Source: a bacterium (GTDB lineage: Bacteria > SAR324 > NAC60-12). Taken from it: a DNA stretch of 64,000 nucleotides. The stretch lies in the NCBI GenBank assembly GCA_965233585.1, contig CBDDTI010000747.1:640001-704000 (forward strand), in the 5' to 3' direction. This document shows positions 18,071-28,424 of the stretch, in pieces. The number at the start of each line of letters is the position of its first letter. The stretch's first letter is position 1. The position numbers and the translations under genes were made by a program. Below the pieces are notes generated by a model, which did no database searches, was not told the DNA's origin, and saw nothing but the letters and a program-made list of their open reading frames with translations.

Positions 18071-19114
18071 TTACTTCAATAAGCCTAGTTGTCTTTGTTG
18101 AAGTTTAGAGGGCAGAGGTAAGTAGCCATCTTTTTCAACAATCTTTTGTCCTTCTCGGGAGAGAATGAATGTTAAGAATTGTTTGACGACAGGAGAAAGC
18201 GGCTTGCCCGGTTCTTTGACAATATAAACTAACAGCATGCGAGAAAGGGGATATTTTTGGCTAACGACATTTTGATATGTCCCCTGATATGACGTCTGAC
18301 CATGTTTTTTAGAAAGAGGCACAACACGCACTCCTGACGTTTGATACCCCATTCCAGAATAACCAATGCCTCCTAAATCTTTAGCAATAGATTGCACCAC
18401 AGAAGCAGAACCCGGTTGCTCTTTCACAGAGTTTTTATAATCTCCTTTAAATAAGGCTTTGGACTTAAAATAACCATAAGTTCCAGAGGCAGAGTTTCTC
18501 CCATACAAACTGATTGCCCTATTTTTCCATGCTCCTTTCAGTCCAAGGTCTCCCCAAGTTTCAATGTTCTTGGAAAAGCCCCCCCTTCGTGTGCTGGAAA
18601 AGATGGCATCAATCTGAGGAAAGGACAGCTCTTGCAATGGATTGTCCTTGTGTACAAAAATGGCTAAGGCATCAAGGGCAACACCAATAGCAGTTGGGGG
18701 GAATCCATATTTTTTCTCAAAACTTTCCATCTCCTTTTTTTTCATAGGGCGGGACATCGGACCAAATTGTGCAGTCCCTTCAATCAAAGCAGGTGGTGCG
18801 GTGCTAGACCCCTTGCCTTCAATCTGGATTCGGACATTTGGATAAACTTTGCGAAAGGACTCGCTCCATAATGTCATCAAATTATTGAGAGTGTCTGACC
18901 CAATACTGTCAATCCGACCATCGGTTCCAGGAACCTTTTCATACTTTTTTATTTTGGGGTCAATGAAGGAAGTTTGTGCTGAAACCGCTGTCCCAACACC
19001 GACACAGAAAATCGTGCCTAACATTTTTTTTGTATAAAACATATATTTTAGTTTTAAATTTAAGATTAAGAACATAGCTAAACCAATTTGAAATAGCCGA
19101 TTTTTTCCATTCAT
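18071..19114 (-). CDS. pstS: Phosphate ABC transporter substrate-binding protein
   Basis: SIGSDTL, EGKGSSTAPPAL, GPMSR, GRNSASGTY, YPLSR. True start may be downstream. Confidence 0.93.
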   Translation of the reverse strand: MNGKNRLFQIGLAMFLILNLKLKYMFYTKKMLGTIFCVGVGTAVSAQTSFIDPKIKKYEKVPGTDGRIDSIGSDTLNNLMTLWSESFRKVYPNVRIQIEGKGSSTAPPALIEGTAQFGPMSRPMKKKEMESFEKKYGFPPTAIGVALDALAIFVHKDNPLQELSFPQIDAIFSSTRRGGFSKNIETWGDLGLKGAWKNRAISLYGRNSASGTYGYFKSKALFKGDYKNSVKEQPGSASVVQSIAKDLGGIGYSGMGYQTSGVRVVPLSKKHGQTSYQGTYQNVVSQKYPLSRMLLVYIVKEPGKPLSPVVKQFLTFILSREGQKIVEKDGYLPLPSKLQQRQLGLLK

Positions 19115-19555
19115 TCAAGAGAGGCTTGACAAAGTCTCGTGTCCTTTGATGAACAAGTGATTTTTTGCCGAATACTACAATGACAAGGAATTTTTCTACT
19201 ATCATTTTTTAAAGGATTTAGCTATGGACATATTTTTGTATGAGACCAATTTCGTGTCAAGTTTTTTTAAAAAAATAGTTATATCCCTTGATTATTGGTC
19301 TTTTGTCCCACCATTGAAGACTTTGAGTGTGAAGAATACTTTGAGAGACTGATTAGATGACGTTCATTGTAGAATGCTCACCAGATGGCAAGGCAGACTA
19401 TGAAGTAAGGCTATTTGAAGAGGTAGTGAATGTGCCATGAATCATTCACAGCACATCTTGAGGATTTTTCAAAAAAATTTGATGGAATTGAACAGAATTT
19501 GTGTTGCCAAGTTTGATAAAGTTTGACGTGGGAAAGGCACGATGCAGTTGACGCC

Positions 19556-20113
19556 TTAAAAGACGATTCCCAAACCAACTGAAACCAATGACCCTCCGAC
19601 TGACACTTTGTCAGAACCTATTTCTACTTTTGACTCCAGCAGTTGATGCACACCTACCCTGAATTGAACCAATGGAAAAATGGGAAGACCTAAATTTGCA
19701 AAAACACGTCCAGTGTTTTTTTTCTCTTCTTTACTGACGGAGCTAATACTTCTGGTTACTTTTGCTTCTCCAACACCAACGCCTAGTGAAAGTTTGACGA
19801 ATACATCAAGCGAATAAAACACATCAAACATGGTGGCTTCATATTTGGTTTCAACACCTGACACATTTTTGTCTTTAAATTTTTGCTGAATCTGGCTGAC
19901 ACCAAGCCCAAGTAAAAAAGGCAACTCTACATTTGCACTGCCCCCAGTCAAATTTCCATCAGTCTCAAGCTCCCTTTTTCCATCGTCATGTTCCAACTCT
20001 GCATCAAAACTTCCAGCGACAAAGGCATCAACTGCAACAGAACCGATTAGGTCTGCAAAAACGGCATGAGACGAACCCAAAACTAACGCACAAATGACAA
20101 GCAACTTTTTCAT
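19556..20113 (-). CDS. Small outer-membrane beta-barrel protein
   Basis: Signal peptide, alternating amphipathic strands, C-terminal GLGIVF. Confidence 0.7.
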   Translation of the reverse strand: MKKLLVICALVLGSSHAVFADLIGSVAVDAFVAGSFDAELEHDDGKRELETDGNLTGGSANVELPFLLGLGVSQIQQKFKDKNVSGVETKYEATMFDVFYSLDVFVKLSLGVGVGEAKVTRSISSVSKEEKKNTGRVFANLGLPIFPLVQFRVGVHQLLESKVEIGSDKVSVGGSLVSVGLGIVF

Positions 20114-20192
20114 CTGATTTTCCTTTGTTAAAATTGATTATTTATTATGAAGGTCATGCAACGAATAGTCCAAAATCAAGCCAAAACTCATA

Positions 20193-21785
20193 TTAAAATT
20201 GATAAACAATTCTTCCCACGCCTTGCACGATGACCTGAGGTGAAAGGTCTTTGGGAATTTCATTTTGTTCTGTTGTGAAGGCATCACCTGTATAAAACAA
20301 GTTGACGTCAACTTCACCCCTTAAATTTCTTGCCAAACTAAATGAAAGGGAGTTGTCCAACTCAGTTCCAATCTGTTTCACTTCCTCTTTTTCAATGTTG
20401 AGAACAGGTTTGTTGCGAGCTAAATGAAACAACCCTATGTCGTAATACAACCAATCATCTGGCGAGGCATAGCGATAGGCAAACCCGAGCATTGAGAGAT
20501 TTGACACAGAATGCCCCAGCCCTGTCCCAGAGCGAATGTCATTGCTCCGACCATTAAAATAAAGTTTTGTGCCTTGATAAGTCCCCGGCGTGATTTCATG
20601 GTATGCCTGAGAGGTTCGGAAAATATTCTTGCCCTCATTTTCTTCATCAGTTAACTGCTCATCTCCTGTGGCATATAAAGCATGAAATTTAAAAACAGAT
20701 GCCAAAGAAGCCACGTCCCATGTCCATTCTGTTTCTATTGCAAACCCGCTGACTCCTTCTTCAGGATTATTATCTGCGGCAAGTCGTTCTTCATGTTCTT
20801 CACCAAAGTCTGGAGTGACACGTGATTCAGTGTTGTCAGAATGATAAGCTCTTTTGCCCTGCAATGCTGTTGCATCTAAATCCAAAAGAAATAAGCCATA
20901 CTGCCACAGAATTTGAAAACCAAAATACTTTTGACGGTGGGCATTGTATTCTATGGGGTTTCCGTTCCTATCCGTGACTTGTCTTGAAGTTTTTTGAATG
21001 TTGTCTTCATCGTCCACTTCCTCACCGCTTCGGAGAAACTCTTTGACTTCTTCAATGCGTTGGTTGTTGCGAGTGGTTGCTGCGCCAGAAATGCCAAGCG
21101 GGATGTTTTTTTCGTTATAATCAATGCGGAACACTTCTATTGTGAAGGAATGAGACTTCCCCCCCCCTAAATCTGTCTCAAAAAAAGGATAACGAAGCGA
21201 GCCATAGTAAGTCCAGTCAGCAATACTATCAGCCATTTTCACTGCTCCCAGTGTGTAGCACCATGTGCCAAGCCGACACGAATGCGTTGCTCCTTTCAAA
21301 ATGCCTGAAAAGATTTTTCCTTTTCTTGCCCCAAGCTCCACCTCTTGCTTGCCTATCTTGACACTGTTGTTTGGATTTGTTCGGTATTCTAAAAAAACTT
21401 GTCTGGCAAGTAGTGTGTTGTTTTGTGATTCGGGGTCAGGTTCATTGCGTAAATTCTGGTCTTGTACATCTTGCTGGTCTATGCCAATCTCCAAATGTAA
21501 AAACACATCACGATTGACAATGGATTTAATATAAAGGCGTGGGTCGTGTTCAAACTTGGTATCTGCTGGGTGACGTTCATCGGAGTAACGTCTTTCAAAA
21601 TGACTGCCTTTTATTTGAGAAGCGTATGCGTTATATTGAAGGGAAAACTCTAGCCCCGGCGAGAATGCTAACTTTTCCTCTTGTTCTTCAATGTCATCAA
21701 CAGAAACAGGAACAAAGTTGGATTGAGCAAATAAGGCATTGGCAAAACAAATGGAAGCAAAGCAAAGAACTAGACGATTCATCAT
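20193..21785 (-). CDS. Outer-membrane beta-barrel protein (porin/alginate-export-like, uncertain)
   Basis: Signal peptide, YATGD, IGTELD, C-terminal IVYQF. Confidence 0.6.
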   Translation of the reverse strand: MMNRLVLCFASICFANALFAQSNFVPVSVDDIEEQEEKLAFSPGLEFSLQYNAYASQIKGSHFERRYSDERHPADTKFEHDPRLYIKSIVNRDVFLHLEIGIDQQDVQDQNLRNEPDPESQNNTLLARQVFLEYRTNPNNSVKIGKQEVELGARKGKIFSGILKGATHSCRLGTWCYTLGAVKMADSIADWTYYGSLRYPFFETDLGGGKSHSFTIEVFRIDYNEKNIPLGISGAATTRNNQRIEEVKEFLRSGEEVDDEDNIQKTSRQVTDRNGNPIEYNAHRQKYFGFQILWQYGLFLLDLDATALQGKRAYHSDNTESRVTPDFGEEHEERLAADNNPEEGVSGFAIETEWTWDVASLASVFKFHALYATGDEQLTDEENEGKNIFRTSQAYHEITPGTYQGTKLYFNGRSNDIRSGTGLGHSVSNLSMLGFAYRYASPDDWLYYDIGLFHLARNKPVLNIEKEEVKQIGTELDNSLSFSLARNLRGEVDVNLFYTGDAFTTEQNEIPKDLSPQVIVQGVGRIVYQF

Positions 21786-21869
21786 GTAGTTTTAAAAATT
21801 AAAAGTTAAAAATTGACCAAATCAACAAACTATGACCCTTTAATCTATTAAAAAATCAACCTTTTTTTC

Positions 21870-23579
21870 ATGTCTTTTCAAAAAAAATGGACACGACACC
21901 AAAAATTCCCAATCGTGGAACAAGCCTTAATCCATGAGTTCCAAATCCCTTGGCTAGCCGCTTCTTTCCTTGCTTCTTGTCATCATGGCAATTTAGAAAA
22001 AGCAAGACTCTTTCTCAATACAAGCCTGCACAATTTACACGAACCTTATTTGATGAAAGACATGGAAGAGGCAACTTTGCGTCTGACTGAAGCCATTGTC
22101 AAGGATGAGAACATTCTCATTGTTGGTGATTATGATGTTGATGGCATCACAGCTTCATCATGTCTGCTGATTTTCTTAGCAACGTGTCATTGTAGCAACT
22201 TTGAGGTCTTTATTCCAAATCGTTTTAAACATGGGTACGGATTAACCTCTGCAAGTGTGGAAGAAATTCTTTCAAAACAACCTCAACTTGTGGTGACTGT
22301 GGATCATGGAATCACTGCAGTTGACGAAATTGCAACACTCAAACGACATGGCATTGAGACCATTGTTACAGACCATCACCTGCCAAACTCTCAAAACTCC
22401 ATGCCCGATTGCTTGGTTGTCAATCCCAACCGAAAAGATTGTACTTATCCTTTCAAAGGTGTGACAGGTTGTGGCGTTGCCTTTAAATTACTGGTTGCAT
22501 TAAGAAGGCATTTAAGACAACAAGGTTTTTGGTCTTGCCAGAAGCCAGAACCTAACCTTAAAAATTATTTAGATTTGGTCGCTCTTGGGACACTCGCAGA
22601 CATGGCACCGCTGGTTGATGAAAACAGGGTGTTGGTGCATCATGGACTCAAGCAGATGAACCAGACAACACGTTGTGGATTGCAGGCGTTGTTGCAAAAA
22701 ATGAATGTTCAAAAAGTGGATACACAGGCGATTGCATTCAAGATCTGCCCCATGTTGAATGCCGCAGGAAGAATGGAAGATGCGACGCTCGCCGTGAATG
22801 TCTTGACTGAAGAAAATACAGAGCGTGCAAAGGAGCTTGTCGCTTCTTTGTATCGGCTGAATGAAAAGAGAAAACGCAAGGCAAGCCAAATGCTAAAAAT
22901 TGCAAATTTGGAGGCACAACGTCAACAAAAAGAATCTGCTTTTGTGATGAGTTCCCCTCAATTCCACGAAGGCATCATCGGCATCACAGCAGCACAGATT
23001 GTGGAAAAATACCAAAAACCGACAGTTGTATTTGCCCAAGCAGGTCAGTTTTTAAAGGGGTCAGGTCGTTCTGGGGGAATAGTGCATCTGCGAAGTGCTT
23101 TTGATGCGTGTTCAGAGTATTTGGAAAGGTTTGGAGGTCACCGTAATGCCGCAGGTTGTTCCCTACATCAGCAAAATTTTGCCAGCTTCAAATCTGCATT
23201 TTATGAAACTTGTCACCAAATGTCTGATTCACAAATGCAAGAACCTCTTAAAATTTTTGCTACTCTAAAACTTTCTCAACTTTCTGCATCGCTCATTGAA
23301 AGTTTCAACTTGCTTGAGCCTTTTGGGGTAGCAAACCCTGAACCAATCTTTGCCATTGAAAAACCATCTATGCCTCTTAAAAGTTTTGGGAAGCATCTTT
23401 GCTGGAAGTACAGAGACATCACCATCATTGGTTGGAACATGCTGGAGTTTCATTTGCAATCGGGGCTATATCAGCCTCACCAAATGCTTGCAGTTGTTCC
23501 CAAACGTTCCACTTCGTTTCAAAGCCTTATGGAGTTGAGAATCATTGGATATTTAGAGCCTTCTCCCATTCCACGCTAG
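21870..23579 (+). CDS. recJ: Single-stranded DNA exonuclease RecJ
   Basis: GDYDVDG, PNRF..GYG, TVDHG, TDHH, LGTLAD, NAAGRM, GSGRS, FGGH.NAAG, EPFG.ANP.P. Confidence 0.95.
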   Translation: MSFQKKWTRHQKFPIVEQALIHEFQIPWLAASFLASCHHGNLEKARLFLNTSLHNLHEPYLMKDMEEATLRLTEAIVKDENILIVGDYDVDGITASSCLLIFLATCHCSNFEVFIPNRFKHGYGLTSASVEEILSKQPQLVVTVDHGITAVDEIATLKRHGIETIVTDHHLPNSQNSMPDCLVVNPNRKDCTYPFKGVTGCGVAFKLLVALRRHLRQQGFWSCQKPEPNLKNYLDLVALGTLADMAPLVDENRVLVHHGLKQMNQTTRCGLQALLQKMNVQKVDTQAIAFKICPMLNAAGRMEDATLAVNVLTEENTERAKELVASLYRLNEKRKRKASQMLKIANLEAQRQQKESAFVMSSPQFHEGIIGITAAQIVEKYQKPTVVFAQAGQFLKGSGRSGGIVHLRSAFDACSEYLERFGGHRNAAGCSLHQQNFASFKSAFYETCHQMSDSQMQEPLKIFATLKLSQLSASLIESFNLLEPFGVANPEPIFAIEKPSMPLKSFGKHLCWKYRDITIIGWNMLEFHLQSGLYQPHQMLAVVPKRSTSFQSLMELRIIGYLEPSPIPR

Positions 23580-23614
23580 AACGTTGCCAAAACATTTAGC
23601 TTTTTTGAGACTGC

Positions 23615-24619
23615 CTAAATCTCTCCCTTAGCATCTTGAATCATTTGCCACAGAGCATAAATCAATTTGTCTTTTCCTAAACCTGTTGCACCCGAGATGA
23701 AAAAGGTTTTGGGGTCTCCAAAAGAGTCTTGAAGTTGAAACAAGTCATTTTCGCTGACTAAATCAACCTTATTGAATGCGATTAAATAAGGTTTTTTTGC
23801 TAATTTTGGTGCAAATGACTGTAATTCATTCATCAGAATTTGCAAGGCTTTGTCAGGTTGATAGTCGGCATGTTCAGAACAGTCAATGACAAACAAAAGA
23901 CAAGAGGCTCTTTCAATATGCCTCAAAAAGCGGTCTCCAAGACCTGCCCCTTGATGAGCATTTTCAATCAAGCCCGGTATGTCTGCCATCACAAACGATT
24001 GATAAGAATCAGGCACTTGCACGACACCCAGATTAGGAACAAGAGTTGTAAAAGGGTAATCTGCGACTTTAGGCTTGGCTCTTGAAACTTGGCGAATCCA
24101 TGTGGACTTTCCTGCATTAGGGAATCCAACCAACCCCACGTCAGCAATCAACTTCAATTCAAGCCTGACCCACATTTCAAAACCTTGTGTTCCATTCTGT
24201 GCAAAGTCTGGGCTTCTTCTCACAGAGCTTTTAAAACGTGCGTTCCCTTTGCCTCCTTTGCCTCCTTTTAGAAAAACATAGTCTTGAGTATCCAAAACTT
24301 CCAAATAACATTCACCCGTCTCTACATCTCGGATTTCTGAACCACAAGGCACATGAATCACCAAATCATCGGCACTTTTCCCCTGTTTGTGCTGACTGCC
24401 CCCTGCAGACCCAGAACCTGCGATGTGATGTTGCCGAAAAGACAAATCAAGCAAAGTTTGCAAGTTGCGGTCACCACGAAAGATAATGCTACCGCCATCT
24501 CCGCCATCTCCGCCATCGGGTCCACCTTTGGGAATACCACGCTCACGCCTGAAGGAGACACACCCCTTGCCTCCATCTCCTGAACGAACATAAATTTTGA
24601 CAGAGTCAATGAACTTCAT
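23615..24619 (-). CDS. obgE: GTPase ObgE/CgtA
   Basis: GGPDGGDGG, GFPNAGKST, ADYPFTTL, DIPGL, NKVD. Confidence 0.97.
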   Translation of the reverse strand: MKFIDSVKIYVRSGDGGKGCVSFRRERGIPKGGPDGGDGGDGGSIIFRGDRNLQTLLDLSFRQHHIAGSGSAGGSQHKQGKSADDLVIHVPCGSEIRDVETGECYLEVLDTQDYVFLKGGKGGKGNARFKSSVRRSPDFAQNGTQGFEMWVRLELKLIADVGLVGFPNAGKSTWIRQVSRAKPKVADYPFTTLVPNLGVVQVPDSYQSFVMADIPGLIENAHQGAGLGDRFLRHIERASCLLFVIDCSEHADYQPDKALQILMNELQSFAPKLAKKPYLIAFNKVDLVSENDLFQLQDSFGDPKTFFISGATGLGKDKLIYALWQMIQDAKGEI

Positions 24620-24819
24620 GGGAATCTTTCAAAAAGAGTTTTTCAGCAAATCGTTATAATGATACACTTTCGCTTAAAAAGTTTTGTTGATTGCTAGAGG
24701 GAAGAAAAAACAAGGAGACAAATGAGGGAATTAATGCAAGTTAGAAATTGCTGAAGATGAGACTGAAAGAGTCAATTTAAGGCAGTGTGAATTGAAGCAA
24801 GGTTTGAAAAAGGCTAGGT

Positions 24820-24862
24820 CGGACAAAAAACTTAATTTAAAAAAATTTAAGTTTGATGTCCG
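24820..24862. terminator. Imperfect hairpin downstream of PEBP gene
   Basis: CGGACA..AAACTTAA / TTAAGTTT..TGTCCG inverted repeat. Confidence 0.45.
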
Positions 24863-24878
24863 CAAGCGACAAGTGCCT

Positions 24879-25664
24879 TTAAGGTCTCTTGAAAGTGAAA
24901 GGAAGAACAGCTGTTCCCAGAATTTTAGCTTCTAAAAAACCTCTACCTTTTCCAGTTATATACTTTTCTATCTCAGTCTGATAATTCCCACTAGCGACCG
25001 CAATGACTCCTGATCCAAAAAAGGCTGCGACCACGTCTTCTGTTGTTTTGATTGCGTAAAGGCGAAATTCGTAATTATGAGCTTTACCTGTAGGAGGGTA
25101 AGGACCGTGATAATAAGGGTTAGAATTCCTTTCGGCATCTATCCTAATCTTTTGTCCTGTTGTCAAGGTGACCTCTGGGGTGGTTTTGACATCAAGACCT
25201 TCTGGGAGTGATTTCAAATCTTTAGGCATTGCAACGTACCAGTGCATTGTTGCTGGAGAGTCTTTGTCAAACAGAATGAGAATAAAATGAGTTGTGCCAG
25301 CAGGTGCATTGGTCCAACTCAAAGGAGGAGTGGTATTACTAGCGCCAGCAACGCCATCAGTTCTGCAACCAGTGCCATCCGTGGCTCTACTACAAGCATA
25401 TTTCAAGGGCAAAGCTCCCCCTGAAGCCACAGCAGAAGAAGTCAGAGTGAATTGAGGAGTTGCGGGTGCTTCGGGCTTGTCTTCTGGTTTAGAAGAGTCA
25501 TCGCTGTCGCTATCGCTGTTTTTCTTACCCTCACAAGAAGCAAAAACAACGCCCAACAAGAGTAAAAATAATCCAAATTTCAAGTTTTTGAAACGAAGCA
25601 TTTTTCTAGTCATAGATTTCATAACCATTACCTTATTAGAAGATTGAAAAAGTACGGTAGTCAT
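24879..25664 (-). CDS. YbhB/YbcL (PEBP) family lipoprotein
   Basis: Lipobox FASC. FTLTSSA, PPLSWTNAPAGT, D.D.P..HW, Y.GP.PP.G.AH.Y.F.LYA. Start probably downstream of the track start. Confidence 0.85.
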   Translation of the reverse strand: MTTVLFQSSNKVMVMKSMTRKMLRFKNLKFGLFLLLLGVVFASCEGKKNSDSDSDDSSKPEDKPEAPATPQFTLTSSAVASGGALPLKYACSRATDGTGCRTDGVAGASNTTPPLSWTNAPAGTTHFILILFDKDSPATMHWYVAMPKDLKSLPEGLDVKTTPEVTLTTGQKIRIDAERNSNPYYHGPYPPTGKAHNYEFRLYAIKTTEDVVAAFFGSGVIAVASGNYQTEIEKYITGKGRGFLEAKILGTAVLPFTFKRP

Positions 25665-25758
25665 TGTGATTTGAAACCAGTTTTATTGCAAATCTTTTTT
25701 TGCAAAAAATTATTTTTTAATTCCAAATTTCATCAAACTCACTGACTCTCAATTTGTT

Positions 25759-26484
25759 TCAAGAAGTTGTTTCAAAAAACTGATTTTTTCTGTGGGCAAC
25801 AAGTTTCTGTTTGGAAGTTCTTAAAAAGTAGTAGCCTATGATGATAGCAATCAGCATTGAAAATGCTAAATTGAGGTATGCTAATTTTTCATAGCCAAAT
25901 GAGATAAAGATGTCATACAAGGCATGAAGACAAGCCGCCATCAACCAGCCTAGCCACAAATAAAAAATTCTCCTCGTGTATCCTGAAGCATGAGGACGCA
26001 TTAAATGAACTTTCCCCAATGCCATAGCAATGGGCATGCTGACAAAAATATGCACAGGCACGGTCAACACACTGCGCAAGGCAAGCACTGCCTCGCCATA
26101 GCGTCCCCAATAGACTATGTTTTCTACAAATGAGAATCCTAATGCGATGAGCATTGTGTAAACTAGGGCGTCAAAAGGGTCTTGAAATTCGTTTTGTGGA
26201 TAGGCAAACCATAGCAAAATCAATAGCTTAGCAAATTCTTCATTCAAACCAACCATTGCCCAAAAGCCAATTTGTTCGTACAAGTTTGGGGATTCCATCC
26301 AAAATGCTGTGTATTTTTCAGTCCAATGATTGAGCAACAGTGCAATTCCTGCTGAGACACAACCTCCGATAAACAAACGAACCAACAATGAAACGCTGGT
26401 GATTTTGTACTTGCTGACGAAGTAAAAAATCCAAGTCCAAAAGCCAATGGGGACAAAAAGCATTAAGGCGACATTTAACGTCAA
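25759..26484 (-). CDS. PrsW family intramembrane metalloprotease
   Basis: GLNEEFAK, LGFSFVENI.Y, R...PVH, LHALYD. Confidence 0.88.
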   Translation of the reverse strand: MTLNVALMLFVPIGFWTWIFYFVSKYKITSVSLLVRLFIGGCVSAGIALLLNHWTEKYTAFWMESPNLYEQIGFWAMVGLNEEFAKLLILLWFAYPQNEFQDPFDALVYTMLIALGFSFVENIVYWGRYGEAVLALRSVLTVPVHIFVSMPIAMALGKVHLMRPHASGYTRRIFYLWLGWLMAACLHALYDIFISFGYEKLAYLNLAFSMLIAIIIGYYFLRTSKQKLVAHRKNQFFETTS

Positions 26485-26706
26485 AGTTTCCTCATCTAAT
26501 CAAAATGATTTTCAAAAAATATTTAAATTTACAGTAAAACCTTGCTGATGCCAATCAAAATCAAATTTACAAGATTGATTTTCATCATTGGAACTCCCTT
26601 TTATTATAAGTGGCAATCACACATATTAAAATCATTTTATTAAAACTTGTTTTTTTGATAGAATGATAGGCTTTTTTATTAATGAAGAATTTTAGAGGAA
26701 TTTTAA

Positions 26707-28245
26707 ATGAAAAAATGCTTTTTTCAATCATTTTTGGTTCACTTAGTTCAAATGACTTTGGGTGTAACATTACTTTGGGCAAAGCCTTCTGACAGTGTTG
26801 AGGAGCTTTTAGAAAATTTGGCAGAACCTTCTTTTAAAAGTGTTGTAGAGCTTTTGGAAGATTATGTTCCCAAGATGTGGTCGCGTACAGGAGAAATCTG
26901 GCAAGGAACAGACTGGAGTCATCACGTTTTCATTATCACTGACCATCAGAAAGCATACGCCATTAGCACTTCAGGCAAAAAGGAGATTAATCTTTCGTTC
27001 ATTCCTGAAAGAATGGTCACGAATGCAAAGAATGGATTTGGGAGTTTTGAAAAGATTGAATTTGAGGGGAACAATGCCATCGTTGTTGACTATGTTCCAC
27101 CTCCTCAAATCACAAAAGAACAGCTCAAAGAAAGTTTTCCTGATTTAGATGAAGAACAGTTGAAAGAAATGCTTGCGACTGCATTGCCCCAACAAATTGA
27201 TGCTTTAGACCGTTATGCCAGCTTTGGAAGCCATGAATTGTTTCATCTGCTAGAACAAGAGGTCAACACGGCTTCAAAGGCGGAACAAAGTAGTAGAGCC
27301 ACCCTTTATCCTCCCCAGACTCAACCCAGAGTTTTAAGACGAATTTTGTTTGATACCTTAATGCAAGCGTATCAGTCTCCTGAACAACGTGAGCAACATT
27401 TGGCAACTGCCAAATCCCTTTTGAACCAATGGAAAAATCTCTATCCTGATGAATACAGGCAAACACGTCTGAATGAGAACATAGAAGGTGTTGCAAGTTA
27501 TTTTGAGCTATCACTTGCCGTACTTTATGAAACGCAAAGCCCTCTTCAATCCCAAAAGTTTCGTCAAGGTGTGGTCAAACGACTCAATTCAAAAAACTGG
27601 CAGTATCTGATTGGGGCAGAACTTTATCCCATCGGCACGATTGCGACATTTTTACTTCGTGAGGAATCCCAGAACTGGCAGGACTTGTTAACAAATTTAG
27701 ATAGCCCCTTAGATCTCTTATTGCAAAATGTTCAACCAACTCCTGAACCTGAAAAAACGAGAAACTATGACAACTATTCTGCACAAATGGAGGAAAGCTT
27801 TGCACCTTTTAAAGCAGAATTAGAAGACACGTGGGACACCTTGAAAAACAAAGAAGACTTTGTCAAAGTGTTTCTGCCTCCGAACAACCTGATGTCAATG
27901 AGTGGAGTCTTTAAAATCAAAGGCTATGAAGATTTGGAAGTCTTGTTGTATTACTCAGGGAGTGGAACTTCGGGTCAAAATTCTTTTGAAATCACAAACA
28001 AAACGGTGTTTGCTACCAAACAACTGACTTGTGGAATGCAAGGAGCAATCCCCGTTAATTTATTCCTCTATGTCCCTAAAAATCAAATCCAAAAAAAGGA
28101 CAACCAGCTCACTATTCATTGGCAAAATAGCTACTCTTACCATGACCCGAATCAAGGATTTTGGACTCCAGAGAACTTTTTAGCCAAAATTCAATATGAG
28201 ATTGGTCAAGAAGGAGATGATTGGATTTGCCCAAATGTGAATTGA
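26707..28245 (+). CDS. Secreted protein, putative gluzincin metallopeptidase
   Basis: Signal peptide, HELFH (HExxH) and downstream E.IEGVASYFE. Confidence 0.6.
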   Translation: MKKCFFQSFLVHLVQMTLGVTLLWAKPSDSVEELLENLAEPSFKSVVELLEDYVPKMWSRTGEIWQGTDWSHHVFIITDHQKAYAISTSGKKEINLSFIPERMVTNAKNGFGSFEKIEFEGNNAIVVDYVPPPQITKEQLKESFPDLDEEQLKEMLATALPQQIDALDRYASFGSHELFHLLEQEVNTASKAEQSSRATLYPPQTQPRVLRRILFDTLMQAYQSPEQREQHLATAKSLLNQWKNLYPDEYRQTRLNENIEGVASYFELSLAVLYETQSPLQSQKFRQGVVKRLNSKNWQYLIGAELYPIGTIATFLLREESQNWQDLLTNLDSPLDLLLQNVQPTPEPEKTRNYDNYSAQMEESFAPFKAELEDTWDTLKNKEDFVKVFLPPNNLMSMSGVFKIKGYEDLEVLLYYSGSGTSGQNSFEITNKTVFATKQLTCGMQGAIPVNLFLYVPKNQIQKKDNQLTIHWQNSYSYHDPNQGFWTPENFLAKIQYEIGQEGDDWICPNVN

Positions 28246-28424
28246 CCACGTTCAAAGTTTTTAGCCTTTAGACGTTGTCATTCAGCTATAACTGCTTTGT
28301 GAACATTCTGGCTGTTTCAACTCATTCTTGATACACTACTGGGCATGGCATGTCTCTAATTCTACTCTTTGTCTTCCTTATTCTTATTTTTTAATCAGTT
28401 TCACTCTTTCTTTAATTCATAACC

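Noticed and set aside
19115..19555. Pho box or sRNA upstream of the lone pstS
   Set aside because: Only isolated TGTCA half-sites are present, without convincing 11-bp tandem spacing or structure.
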